From Eledone cirrhosa (taxonomy: Eukaryota), in NCBI GenBank assembly GCA_964016885.1, contig OZ024740.1, forward strand, positions 216,318,001-216,382,000: DNA of 64,000 nt, given 5' to 3'. The notes beneath the pieces were generated by a model that saw nothing but the letters and a program-made list of their open reading frames with translations, made no database searches and was not told the origin of the DNA. The position numbers were made by a program, and so were the translations under genes. Positions 9,070-22,468 of the stretch are shown piece by piece (positions within the stretch are counted from its first letter, which is position 1; every line of letters begins with the position of its first letter).

Positions 9070-11795
9070 GTACTTTATTAAGACAATTTTTGACCAACAT
9101 CTGCACATCACTAGATACCACTGTACTAAGACCTTATGACCAGCATCTCCACATTATCACTAGATACCACTGTACTAAGACATTGTGACCAACATCTCCA
9201 CATTATCACTAGATACCACTGTACTAAGACGTTGTGACCAACATCTCCACATTATCACTAGATACCATTGTACTAAGACATTGTGACCAACATCTCCACA
9301 TTATCACTAGATACCACTGTACTAAGACATTATGACCAGCATCTCCACATTATCACTAGATACCACTGTACTAAGACCTTATGACCAGCATCTCCACATT
9401 ATCACTAGATACCACTGTACTAAGACATTATGACCAGCATCTCCACATTATCACTAGATACCACTGTACTAAGACCTTATGACCAGCATCTCCACATTAT
9501 CACTAGATACCACTGTACTAAGACATTATGACCAGCATCTCCACATTATCACTAGATACCACTGTACTAAGACATTATGACCAGCATCTCCACATTATCA
9601 CTAGATACCACTGTACTAAGACCTTATGACCAGCATCTCCACATTATCACTAGATACCACTGTACTAAGACATTATGACCAGCATCTCCACATTATCACT
9701 AGATACCACTGTACTAAGACCTTATGACCAACATCTCCACATTATCACTAGATACCACTGTACTAAGACATTATGACCAACATCTCCACATTATCACTAG
9801 ATACCACTGTACTAAGACCTTATGACCAGCATCTCCACATTATCACTAGATACCACTGTACTAAGACATTATGACCAGCATCTCCACATTATCACTAGAT
9901 ACCACTGTACTAAGACATTATGACCAGCATCTCCACATTATCACTAGATACCACTGTACTAAGACCTTATGACCAGCATCTCCACATTATCACTAGATAC
10001 CACTGTACTAAGACATTATGACCAGCATCTCCACATTATCACTAGATACCACTGTACTAAGACCTTATGACCAGCATCTCCACATTATCACTAGATACCA
10101 CTGTACTAAGACATTATGACCAACATCTCCACATTATCACTAGATACCACTGTACTAAGACATTATGACCAGCATCTCCACATTATCACTAGATACCACT
10201 GTACTAAGACATTATGACCAGCATCTCCACATTATCACTAGATACCACTGTACTAAGACCTTATGACCAGCATCTCCACATTATCACTAGATACCACTGT
10301 ACTAAGACATTATGACCAACATCTCCACATTATCACTAGATACCACTGTACTAAGACATTATGACCAGCATCTCCACATTATCACTAGATACCACTGTAC
10401 TAAGACGTTGTGACCAACATCTCCACATTATCACTAGATACCATTGTACTAAGACATTGTGACCAACATCTCCACATTATCACTAGATACCACTGTACTA
10501 AGACATTATGACCAGCATCTCCACATTATCACTAGATACCACTGTACTAAGACCTTATGACCAGCATCTCCACATTATCACTAGATACCACTGTACTAAG
10601 ACATTATGACCAGCATCTCCACATTATCACTAGATACCACTGTACTAAGACATTATGACCAGCATCTCCACATTATCACTAGATACCACTGTACTAATAC
10701 ATTATGACCAGCATCTCCACATTATCACTAGATACCACTGTACTAAGACATTATGACCAGCATCTCCACATTATCACTAGATACCACTGTACTAAGACAT
10801 TATGACCAGCATCTCCACATTATCACTAGATACCACTGTACTAAGACATTATGACCAGCATCTCCACATTATCACTAGATACCACTGTACTAAGACATTA
10901 TGACCAGCATCTCCACATTATCACTAGATACCACTGTACTAAGACATTATGACCAGCATCTCCACATTATCACTAGATACCACTGTACTAAGACATTATG
11001 ACCAGCATCTCCACATTATCACTAGATACCACTGTACTAAGACATTATGACCAACATCTCCACATTATCACTAGATACCACTGTACTAAGACATTATGAC
11101 CAGCATCTCCACATTATCACTAGATACCACTGTACTAAGACATTATGATCAGCATCTCCACATTATCACTAGATACCACTGTACTAAGACATTATGACCA
11201 GCATCTCCACATTATCACTAGATACCACTGTACTAAGACATTATGACCAGCATCTCCACATTATCACTAGATACCATTGTACTAAGACATTATGACCAGC
11301 ATCTCCACATTATCACTAGATACCACTGTACTAAGACACTATGACCAGCATCTCCACATTATCACTAGATACCACTGTACTAAGACATTATGACCAGCAT
11401 CTCCACATTATCACTAGATACCACTGTACTAAGACCTTATGACCAGCATCTCCACATTATCACTAGATACCACTGTACTAAGACATTATGACCAGCATCT
11501 CCACATTATCACTAGATACCACTGTACTAAGACATTATGATCAGCATCTCCACATTATCACTAGATACCACTGTACTAAGACATTATGACCAGCATCTCC
11601 ACATTATCACTAGATACCACTGTACTAAGACCTTATGACCAGCATCTCCACATTATCACTAGATACCACTGTACTAAGACATTATGACCAGCATCTCCAC
11701 ATTATCACTAGATACCACTGTACTAAGACATTATGACCAACATCTCCACATTATCACTAGATACCACTGTACTAAGACCTTATGACCAGCATCTC
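9070..11795. repeat. 49-bp minisatellite, ~55 copies
   Basis: Unit CATTATGACCAGCATCTCCACATTATCACTAGATACCACTGTACTAAGA, highly homogeneous, with no spacers. Confidence 0.97.
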
Positions 11796-11934
11796 TGCTT
11801 GCTACATCTCCATACTTAACCAGGCTATGAAATTAATAAGGTTATCAAATTCTTCATTAATTAAATGAAATTCCATGGATTGAATTAGTATTATGGAGAG
11901 GAAAGGGTTATGGGGGAAACATTCTAGTATATAC

Positions 11935-12422
11935 TATACCCACCACTACTGTACTATATACTATACTATATAATCTAGCCACCACTCTACCACTACTGTA
12001 CTATATACTATACTATATAATCTAGCCACCACTCTACCACTACTGTACTATATACTATACTATATAATCTAGGCACCACTCTACCACTACTGTACTATAT
12101 ACTATACTATATAATCTAGCCACCACTCTACCACTACTGTACTATATACCATACTATATAATCTAGCCACCACTCTACCACTACTGTACTATATACTATA
12201 CTATATAATCTAGCCACCACTCTACCACTACTGTACTATATACGATACTATATAATCTAGCCACCACTCTACCACTACTGTACTATATACCATACTATAT
12301 AATCTAGCCACCACTCTACACTACTGTACTATATACTATACTATATAATCTAGCCACCACTCTACCACTACTGTACTATATACTATATAATCTAGCCACC
12401 ACTCTACCACACTTGTACTATA
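11935..12422. repeat. 47-bp minisatellite, ~10 copies
   Basis: Unit CCACCACTCTACCACTACTGTACTATATACTATACTATATAATCTAG. Confidence 0.95.
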
Positions 12423-12859
12423 TACATTATGTTCCATCTCTTCACCCAAGCTAGTATGGGTTGGACTACTATTCTAATATGTCTTTACTTGGTGAGGTTG
12501 TCAAAGGACTGTGACAAGATACTGATCATGCATGAGAGGATAGTGAGTAATGTTGGTATGGTGTAGAAAGAGGTCAGTTGTGATGTCAGTCTGTTCAACA
12601 GCTGACAATACTGTAGATGTACAACAATACCTACCACTGGTTCATGAATGAAAGCTGGAACACATTGTTGTCAGCCAGGATAACTTTAGCAATGTGCTAC
12701 TCACCTAACACAGCAGTATAGCAGTTGCTATTTCAATTGAACTTATCACCTTTAATATTCTTATTAGCATGTCTTTAAAATAATATACAGTGATAAATGT
12801 GATATTTTAAACAATCTACTTGTATTGTATTCTTTTAAAATGACATGATACCAAACCAT

Positions 12860-13095
12860 GGAAATATAAGTGGCTGAAATGGGGTTCCCCTGAAGGGACT
12901 TAGAGTACCAATACTTGATAGGGTGCATAACGCAGAGATTAGTGTGTCCCTCCAGGTAGAGCTGCTACATTGAGAGATCACAACTCTAGTACTGTGGACA
13001 TGTTAGAATGTGTAAGGAAAGGATTACTAGACAGATTTTACAGGTAATGCCAACTGGCAGGAAATCTAAAGGTAGATCACAAGCAAGATGGTTGC
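12860..13095 (+). pseudogene. Old degenerate RTE-like LINE C-terminal fragment (different family)
   Basis: Broken frames give AEMGF...LDRVHNAEI...IERSQL.YCGHV.RM..ERITRQIL..MPTGRKSKGRSQARW. Confidence 0.6.
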
Positions 13096-13784
13096 TTTTG
13101 ATAGGGCCATGTAGAAAGCATGTCTGAGGATTCTGCTCACACAACCTTCTCAGAAATAAGTGCATGAAGAAGATTATACCATTTTACATGAAACTGCCCA
13201 TGGTTCTATGATACAACAGTGTTTATTTCAAAATGCATATGTTTATCTAAACACCTTCCATCATAATTTTATGTAAAAAGTTTTAAGTTACAAACACCAT
13301 TTAAATAATGAGAAAGTTATATATATTTCTAAATCCCTCCATCTTGATTATTTTTCAAATGATTTGAAGATCATAGACAATATTTCTCATTAGAAATATA
13401 GTATCTGAAGGTTTGAACACTACAAATGCCATTTATTGATTGAAAGTCTATTTCCAATCCATATTGGTGCCTGATGGCTTTATAAAGACACTGTAAATTA
13501 CACTTTAACTGTTTGTATAACACTTTAACTGTTAACATTCCGTAATGATTTAACAGAAAATATCTAAAAACTGGGGTGTTATTTCAAATGTTTTTAGTAA
13601 TTTTATTTGAGGGCTGATAATTATTGGAATAAAGACTTTAATTTTTGTACTTTCCAAGAATATCAAGCTAATGTGGTTTCATCTGCCATCTTCAAATGTT
13701 GCCAAAATTATTTCATCGCAAAATGTTGTTTCATCTTCAAATGTTGCCAAAATTACATAACTTGTTTTTATAGATACATTGGCT

Positions 13785-13955
13785 TGGGTATATATCTGGC
13801 TTTGCACCTTTTGAGTAGGGTATATATCTGGTCTGTGTTACCTCTATTGAGTAAGGTACATATATGGTCTTTATCACCATTATTGGGTAAAGTACATATC
13901 TGGTCTTTATCACCATTATTGGGTAAGGTACATATCTGGTCTTTGTTACCTTTAT
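13785..13955. repeat. 36-bp tandem repeat, ~4-5 copies
   Basis: Unit GTAAGGTACATATCTGGTCTTTATCACCATTATTGG. Confidence 0.85.
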
Positions 13956-14219
13956 TTCTCTCAGCTGACATTGCTTTTAAGAAAGGCTTGACTAAACATT
14001 ACAGCTATCATCTTTCAAGAAAAATTATTATCTATATAAGGTATTATATCTATAAAAAGTATGATATCTATAAGGAACTGTTATTTTAAAGAATCTGACT
14101 TGAAATGCTATCTAGTATAGTTTATTCTGTCATCCTTTCTAGGATCAATGAAATATCTAGCTGGATTTTTCACTCTTCATTAGGTTTTTCAATACAAATC
14201 ATTATCATTAAATAGAAAT

Positions 14220-14443
14220 GGCAGTGGATTGGCAGTATCGGTAGGAGGTCAGACACCATGCTTTGCAGCATAGAATAACTGCCCTTTATGATCTGAGTTC
14301 AAATCCCGCCGAGGTTAACTTTGCTTTTCATCCTTAGGAGGTCGATAAAATAAAGTACCAGTCATGCACTGGGGTCAATTTAATTGACTTTCCCCTCGCC
14401 AAGAATTTCTGGCCTTGTGCCTAAATAAGAAACCATTATTATT
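14220..14443 (+). mobile_element. SINE family B
   Basis: Same head, core and tail as the 62006-62199 copy. Confidence 0.85.
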
Positions 14444-15233
14444 AAATAGAAATATATGTCACACCAGTCCACCTAGTAAAAATGGTTGTGCTGCTGATAT
14501 GGCAAAAAAAGCACCCAGTCCACCCTATTAGATGGTTGTTTTAGTATCACCATAAAAAGTACCCAGTCAACACTCTAAATGCGGGTGGTGTTAAGTAGAG
14601 CATCCTGCCGTAGAAACCAAGCCATGCAAATGTGAAAAAATAGACGTTAACAGTGCCCATGATGACTGTTTACATTTAGGGTGCTTATGTTCCAAATATA
14701 ATCGCTTAAATTGTTTACTTTATAAATATGGTGCAAATTACAACCCTGAAGGTATTTCCACAATAAACTTAAATTTACCTTCCATAAATTTCTGTTTAAA
14801 TGTATTAGTAAACAATTTAGCTTAGTCAGGGAGGGCAGTGCCCATGATCCTTTTCAGGGTTTTTGTGACTGATGAGTGGAAGTTAACATCCATCCAGAGA
14901 TCTGAGCTGGATGCTTGTATCAGAGTGGACACCACTAAAGATTCACAATATAGAAGAGATTCAACTGCATTTCACACAGTTTCTATGTACTAAATTTCCT
15001 AATGGGTACATGTATAGCTGTATGGTTAGGTATTAGGCATAGACTCTACAGAACTAATTATACTTTACTAATTTAACTGTTAACATCCTATAATGATTTA
15101 GTAGAAAATATCTTAAAACAAGTTTGTTAATTCAAATGTTTATAGTGTCTTTACTAGTCGTGTTGTAAAAATTTGAAGCATTCGACTAAAGACTTTAATT
15201 TTTAAAGTAATGCAATCATAGTGTTGTTTTGTA

Positions 15234-15573
15234 TGTTTCAAGAATGCCTTACTAATGTGGTTTCATGTGGGTTGTTAGTTCAAATGTTTCAAGAATGCCT
15301 TACTAATGTGGTTTCATGTGGGTTGTTAGTTCAAATGTTTCAAGAATGCCTTACTAATGTGGTTTCATGTGGGTTGTTAGTTCAAATGTTTCAAAAATGC
15401 CTTACTAATGTGGTTTCATGTGGGTTGTTAGTTCAAATGTTTCAAGAATGCCTTACTAATGTGGTTTCATGTGGGTTGTTAGTTCAAATGTTTCAAGAAT
15501 GCCTTACTAATGTGGTTTCATGTGGGTTGTTAGTTCAAATGTTTCAAAAATGCCTTACTAATGTGGTTTCATG
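15234..15573. repeat. 51-bp tandem repeat, ~6.7 copies
   Basis: Unit ATGTTTCAAGAATGCCTTACTAATGTGGTTTCATGTGGGTTGTTAGTTCAA; explains the 17-aa periodic ORF. Confidence 0.95.
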
Positions 15574-16094
15574 AAAGACAGGACATTGGGAGTCGAAGAA
15601 GAAGAAACCTATGTAGTAAAACATTGTCAAACATCAGAACTAAAGTTTAAAGAATAAAAAAAAAAGTGTCAAAACAGCAAAAGGACAAACATGCCTGACA
15701 GGTGTTTTTCACATAATATTATAGACATTTCAGTTCTCATTAATTTAATTTATTCTGCATGTCTTGCTCAAGATAGATTTCTTTTTTTTTATGTGCATAT
15801 ATATGCATTTAAATTATATGCATTTATGTGCATTTAAATAATGTGCATATAGGTACATTAAAATGTTGAGATTATTTACTGTGTATGGTCTAGTGTAGCT
15901 GTTATAATAGATTTAACAATTAGTGAAGTCAACTTTTATTTTTATATGAGGTTAACTGAACACTCATTAAACAGTGATGATTAATTAATTGGATACTTTG
16001 GAAAAAATATCTCTTTAGATTACATAGAAATTTTACATACAATATATTTAAGAGAAATTGAAGTATTCTTCTTTTCTTTAACTACCATTACAAT

Positions 16095-16150
<56 letters not shown>

Positions 16151-16319
16151 TGTGTGTGTGTGTGTATGTGTGCGTGCATGGGTGGGTGTGTACACATACA
16201 CTTGTATTTTATTTAGAGAAAGCAGTTATTTGAGATATCTGACTGAACAAACAACCATTATGTGTGTATATCATCATCAGTTTTATGTCTGTTTCTCCAT
16301 GTGTTAGATTAGTCCTCTT

Positions 16320-16850
16320 CATTATATACATATCTACATATGTAAGTCTTCATGAGTGTGGCCCTACCTTCTCTAGTATGTGTATATTACATGTGTATGT
16401 CACAAGTCTCCTCTAGTATATGTGTAAATACATATATGTCTTCATGAGTGTGGCCTTACCTTGTCTAGTATATGTATATCTACATATGTCTTGATATATG
16501 TCTAGCCCTACCAGCTCTAGTATATGTATGTGTATGTCACAAGTCTTCTCTAGTATATATATATTACATATATGTATGTGTATGTCACAAGTCTTCTCTA
16601 GTATATATATATTACATATATGTATGTGTATGTCACAAGTCTTCTCTAGTATATATATATTACATATATGTATGTGTATGACACAAGTCTTCTCTAGTAT
16701 ATATATATTACATACATATGTCTGTGTGTATATGTCACAAGTCTTTCCTAGTATATATATATATATATATAAGATACATGTCTGTGTGTGTATGTCACAA
16801 GTCTTTCCTAGTATATATATATATATATATTACATACATATGTCTGATGT
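16320..16850. repeat. Degenerate ~48-60-bp tandem repeat
   Basis: Recurring TATGTCACAAGTCTTCTCTAGTATATATATATTACATA. Confidence 0.8.
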
Positions 16851-17226
16851 GTATGTTCTGGCATATATACACGTATGTATGTGCATAAACAAGTATAAAT
16901 CTGCACATAAATGTATGCATGTCTTTGCACATTTGCGTATGTGTGGATATCCATATATACTCATACATATTTAAACAGATAAGTACATACATATAGGTAG
17001 ATATTAATTTATTCAATAGTCTGGTGTTAGACATCCATACTGAAAGTTTTCATGGCTGTAAAGTTGTTTAAATCTTGTCTGGGTCAACAAAGAATATATT
17101 TTTTAGTCATACGTTGTATGAAGGTATCAGATTAAACATTTATATTCGAAATATTTCATACTTTACATTGTATTTGGATCATGTGGGAAGGGAGAGAGTT
17201 TGGAAGAAGCCAAAGAGTGGAGACCC

Positions 17227-17269
<43 letters not shown>

Positions 17270-17392
17270 CCTCATTTAACGTCCACTTTCCACGCTAGCA
17301 TGGGTTAGACGGGTATCTATCTGTATTTATTTATTTTCTTCTTAAGTCTGCCTCTCTGTCTATATGTTTAGGTATACATGATGATGATGATG

Positions 17393-17429
<37 letters not shown>

Positions 17430-17442
17430 TGTGTGTGAGAGA

Positions 17443-17642
17443 GAGGTGGATATGTATGGTTAACAGTAAGGCTACCCAAGAAAGACATACATACTACAAC
17501 AGAACCCCCTATGGGCAGTATGTATGTTAGTGCATGCTTTCACTAACATATATACTGCCCATAGGGGGGGGGGGGGTTCTGCTGTAGTATGTGTTTCTTG
17601 GGTAGCCTTAACTGTTAACTATGCCTACACACCTCCCTCTCT
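17443..17642. repeat. ~200-bp fold-back palindrome (MITE-like hairpin)
   Basis: GTTAACAGTAAGGCTACCCAAGAAA...CCCCTATGGGCAGTATGTATGTTAGTG pairs with CACTAACATATATACTGCCCATAGGGG...TTTCTTGGGTAGCCTTAACTGTTAAC. Confidence 0.85.
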
Positions 17643-17749
17643 CACACACACACATACACACACACACACTCACACCCACACACACACATATATATATATC
17701 ATCATCATCATCATTCTTGTTTACATTCACTTTTCTATGCTTGCGTGGA

Positions 17750-17780
<31 letters not shown>

Positions 17781-17849
17781 TTAGTTATATACAGAGATGT
17801 GTATATATCTATCTGTAATGTATATATATTTATTTAGCTATATACAGGG

Positions 17850-18200
17850 ATCATCTTCATCACTGTTTTACGTCAGTGTCTCCATGCAAGCATGGGTCAG
17901 ACGGGTTGTCCTGTTGTGGGCAATGCTAGGTCAGGTGACTGTGCCTTGCTCATACAGGACTGATTTTGGCTCGGTTTCTACTTCTACAGCTGGATGCCCT
18001 TCCTAACACCAACCTCCTTTTACAGTGAGTGCTGGGTGTTTTTATACTGTGGCGCCTACACGACCACTTTACAGTGTGGGCTGGGTGCTTTTTGTCATGA
18101 CACCTATATGACCACTTTACAGCAGGAGGGGCATGGGGGCACATTGTCTATATGCTTCAGCTGCAACCTGTGGGAACTCGGGTCTTCTGTATTACTGTAT
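17850..18200 (-). mobile_element. 5'-truncated RTE subfamily C copy (3' UTR + ORF end)
   Basis: Reverse-complement similarity to 35567-35946. Confidence 0.75.
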
Positions 18201-18212
18201 ATTTATAATTAG

Positions 18213-18763
18213 ATCATCATCATCATCATCATCAACGTTTAACGTCCGTGTTCCACGCTTGCATGGGTTTGGACGGGGGTAGTCCCACTTGAGGCAAGAG
18301 TGATTGTCTTGCTCGCATAGGACTGTCTGGCAGGTTTTCTACAGTTGGATGCCCTTCCTAACACCAACCACATTTACAGTGTGGGTCTGGGAGGTTTTTA
18401 CCGTGTTGCCTACACGGCCACATTACAGCGTGGACTGTGTGTTTTTTTGTCGTGACACCTACACGATCTCATTTGTTTCGGCCTCGATGGCGCGGCACCA
18501 ACATAACTTTACATAGAACGGGGTGGTGTGGATGGGGTGGGGGTGGTGGTGGTGGGACGGGGTGTATTTTGTTAGAGATGCCTACTGGCTGGAGTAGGTT
18601 TTACTATATATTTAGGTAAGGCGGGTCTTCTCTGTTACTGAGTACCGCCAAAGGTCTCGGTCCAGTGACATTGTCTTGGAGAGGTGTAAGTGTGTGATGT
18701 CGGAGTTTATCAGCTCGTCCCAGGTTTTTCTAGGTCTGCCTATTCCGTGACTACCGTCTATCT
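18213..18763 (-). mobile_element. 5'-truncated, near-identical copy of the RTE at 3494-7816
   Basis: Matches 3494-4045 with only about 3 differences that I can see by eye. Confidence 0.95.
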
Positions 18764-18784
18764 TATATATATAGATATCTGTAA

Positions 18785-19032
18785 TGTGTATATATATTTA
18801 GCTATATACATTTATTTTACAGATCTGTGTATATATATTTAGCTATATACATTTATTTTACAGATCTGTGTATATATATTTAGCTATATACATTTATTTT
18901 ACAGATCTGTGTATATATCTTTAGCTATATACATTTATTTTACAGATTTGTGTATATATCTTTAGCTATATACATTTATTTTACAGATCTGTGTATATAT
19001 CTTTAGCTATATACCTTTATTTTACAGATATG
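18785..19032. repeat. 41-bp tandem repeat, ~6 copies
   Basis: Unit TATATATTTAGCTATATACATTTATTTTACAGATCTGTGTA. Confidence 0.9.
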
Positions 19033-19214
19033 TGTGTTGTTCTCTCTAAATGAGATATAATTAAGATCATGGGTATATAAATGTACTTTATTCAAAGACA
19101 CTTCATAGCAATATCACTTTCTTATTGACAATTCTTTTTTAGTTGTGATTAAAACTTTAAAATAACTGACCAAGGTTGTGAAGCTAACCAAACTGGGATA
19201 GTGAGCTTATGTTG

Positions 19215-19470
19215 TGGTCAACATTCACATTCCACATTCAACAAGGCCTACCATCTAATCTTTTTCTCTAGCCTTGGCATAGCTTTTGCATTCACTACCC
19301 ATGTTTCACTACTATGCTACATTGCTCTTTGTAACAGGCATCACATTATATCCGGAGGGAAAATCCCTTTGTTATCAACCGAGCGAGTAGATCCCTAAAG
19401 TTTTCCACCCTATTTATATTCTGGCTACTATGATTTCGGAGAAACGATCTCCACTGTTAAGTTACATCAA
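19215..19470 (-). pseudogene. Highly decayed RTE ORF fragment
   Basis: Minus-strand remnants SEIIVARI..GWK.FRDL...DAC..RAM.HSSETW. Confidence 0.6.
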
Positions 19471-19513
19471 TAGAAGCTGTTCTCTCTGTGTGTGTGTGTG
19501 ATTTAAGATAGAT

Positions 19514-19738
19514 TTAACCCTTTCAATATCAACCTGGTGAAAACTTGCCCTGATTCTATGCAAGAAAACCCTCCATTTCAAACTATTTTATAATAAATTT
19601 AGTTCTTCCAAAATGATATTATTTTAATTCATTATATTACGGACGAAATAATTAATCATTTGAGTAAATCGTACAAAATTATTAATTAATTAATTGAAAG
19701 TGTGTATTTCATTATAAATATGGTAATGAAAGGGTTAA
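19514..19738. mobile_element. piggyBac-like MITE family 2 (TTAA, CCCTTTCA TIR)
   Basis: TTAA-CCCTTTCA...TGAAAGGG-TTAA; related copy at 49104-49325. Confidence 0.75.
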
Positions 19739-19978
19739 TGTAGATATAACTATAATTATCAAATTAGAATCCTTACTGTAATAAAAAGTGAAAACACATT
19801 CTCCACCATTCTCTTTGTACACAGAGAAAAACATTTAAGATATAATTATATACCGGTTTTAATAGTGAGAAAGCTGTGAGCTATGAACAGGTTTAGTTAT
19901 ACCTAAAACAGAAGTCTGTAAACTAGTCACCAAATAAAGAATACCTCTATGTTATGAACTATTAACTACTTCATTACA

Positions 19979-20179
19979 TACAAGGGTTGGGTGAAAAGTT
20001 CATAGGCTGACTATGAAGGAGTGATCTTAGAGCTGTGAAATCTTGCATGCATTCATTTCAACTCTTATTAACAACTGCCTTGTTTTTTTTTCCAGGGACT
20101 ATGTTGAAAAATAAACCTCATTTGGTCATACCATGAAAGTATCGTGGTCAGTCTATGAACTTTTCAGCTGACCTTTGTA
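19979..20179. mobile_element. Mariner-type MITE (TA TSD)
   Basis: TA-CAAGGGTTGGGTGAAAAGTTCATAGGCTGAC...GTCAGTCTATGAACTTTTCAGCTGACCTTTG-TA; inverted copy at 51016-51218. Confidence 0.85.
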
Positions 20180-20317
20180 TGTGTAAGGCATATTCTATTG
20201 AACAAACACACAATGGGTTCTCTTTAGCTTCATGGCACCATGAGCAAGTGTCTTCTACTATAACCATGGGTAAATGTATTTGATAAACAAAAACAAAGGA
20301 AACCCATTATTTGTGTT

Positions 20318-21718
20318 TCATCATCATCATCATCATCGTTTAACATCCATCTTCCACGCTAGCATGGGTTTGGACGGGAGTTTTCCCACTTGAGGCAAGA
20401 TTGGTTGTCCTGCTCGTATAGGACTGTCTGGCAGGTTTTCTATGGCTGGATGCCCTTCCTAACACCAACCACGTTTACAGTGTGGACTGGGAGATTTTTA
20501 CAATGTTACCTACACGGCCACATTACAGCATGGACTGTGTGTTTTTTTGTCGTGACACCTACACGTCTGGCGGGTTTTCTACGGCTGGGTGCCCTTCCCA
20601 ACACCAACCACACGTTTACAGTGTGGACTGGGAGGTTTTTACCGTGTTACCTTCATGGCCACATTACAGCGTGGACTGTGTGTTTTTTTGTCGTGACACC
20701 TACACGACCTCATTTGTTTCGGACTGGATGTTGTGGTACCAACATAACTTCCCATTTAAGGGGGTGGTGTGGATGGGGTGGGGGTAGTAGGACGGGGGTG
20801 TATTTTGTTAGAGGTGCCTACTGACTGTAGGTTTCGCTTTGTACTTAGGCAAGGCGGGTCTTCTGTATAACTGTGTAGCACCAAAGATCTCGGTCCAGTG
20901 ACATTGTCTTGGAGAGGTGTAAGTGTGTGAGGTCGGAATTTATCAAGTCGTCCCAGGTTTTTCTGGGTCTGCCTACTCCGTGGCTACCGTCTATTTTTAT
21001 CGCCCTGCACTTTTTATACAGCTGTCGTCTTTCATGAACATCACGTGACCCTACCAACGTAGTCTTCTCTCGAGTAAACAACATCTGATCCCTCTTATTC
21101 CTAATTTCTCCCTTAGTCCGTTTATGCTTTGCCGTTCACGTATATTACTATTACACATCCAGCGGAGCATGCAAGCTTCGTTCCTCTCCAGTCTGCGTAT
21201 ATCCTCTGCACACAATGCCCAAGTCTCACTGCCATGTAACATTGCTGTTCGTATGCAGGCATCATACAGCCTGCCTTTCATTTTTAGAGAGAACACTTTA
21301 GCGGCCAATAGTGGTATAAGCTCTCTGAACTTTTTCCATCCCGTTCTGACTCTAGCTACTGTACTTTCAGAGCACCCTCCCCCAATGCTGATTTTATCAC
21401 CCAGGTAACGGAAGCTGTCCACTATTTCTATAGAACCATCTGTGCAATGGAATGAGCTAGTATTCTGTGGGCACTTGCTGCTACTTGTTGCACCTGAGCA
21501 CTGGCCACATATAAAATCTATATTCTTAGTTAGCTTACCTGTGATCCCACTACATCTTTTATGCACCCATACTTTGCATTTGGGACATAAAATGGAGTTT
21601 CTGCTGACTCCTTTCCTACACACTGAGCATGGCCATTTCCCAGATGGGACCAGTGCCCTATTTTCCTTCCTACAAACTAGAACTTTAGTCTTAGACAACT
21701 TAACTTTAAGGCCTTTGT
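20318..21718 (-). mobile_element. 5'-truncated, older RTE copy retaining the PHD finger and C-terminus
   Basis: ORFs 21051..21737 and 20845..21084 align with aa ~770-1056 of the intact ORF across a disruption; 3' UTR has an internal duplication and a (TGA)n tail. Confidence 0.92.
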
Positions 21719-22468
21719 CTCTCCTATTCAACATCATGGGTGGTAATAAATCTTTATGTTCTGCGTGAACAGAAATCTCACTTCTTAGCAGTTACACCTG
21801 CATATTTAAAATGAAGGATTGACATCAGGAAGGGCATCCAGCTGTAGAATCTAGCCAGAAGAAGCTTTATCCAACCCAAAAATTTCTGTAAAACTGTAAA
21901 ACTTACTGTGTAATGTAAACATTAAAGTACTAAATATGTGATCACAGTAAACTGTAGAATCTGACATCAGAAATTATAACTCCCAATTTGAGATGGTAGG
22001 AAAGAGAAACAAGCAAGGTTAGATTTAGACCTTGGAAGAGCCTATCACTCACAAAAAATTAGAATACACAATTTTACATATCAAAGTTAGCTTGGTGCAA
22101 GTAATTGGAATTGAAAAGTTATACATACAGGTATTAAATTGAAAAATTCTAACCTTCCTAAAACTAAAAAGCCTAGTTGAGGACAAATAAATTGCTATGT
22201 CTGTTGCTGGTGGGTGCCCCTCAACTGCAGGGGGCCTGCGGCAATTGCCCCCATTAAATATGGCCCTGGAAACAGATCCCTTGAAACAACTTGAACTATG
22301 TATCTACTTCTTATCAGGTAGATGTGTTAACTATTACAGAAGTGACTGGCGTGCTGCCATCTTAAATACTATAAATTGTTTCAGCCATTTCCATAGATAA
22401 TTAATTCCTCAGTTACTTATAAAACACTCATTTATGTGTAATGACTAATATCATTTATATTAAAATTT

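Noticed and set aside
9070-11795. CRISPR-like appearance of the long regular arrays (also 23.0-29.1 kb and 55.1-59.6 kb)
   Set aside because: Units are head-to-tail with no unique spacers, there are no cas genes, and the context is eukaryotic.
14868-14885. CTGATGAG as a hammerhead core
   Set aside because: No stem II, GAAA or matching stem I could be assembled.
15221-15574. 17-aa Cys-containing repeat protein
   Set aside because: A 51-bp tandem repeat derived from adjacent non-coding sequence, with no splice or codon evidence.
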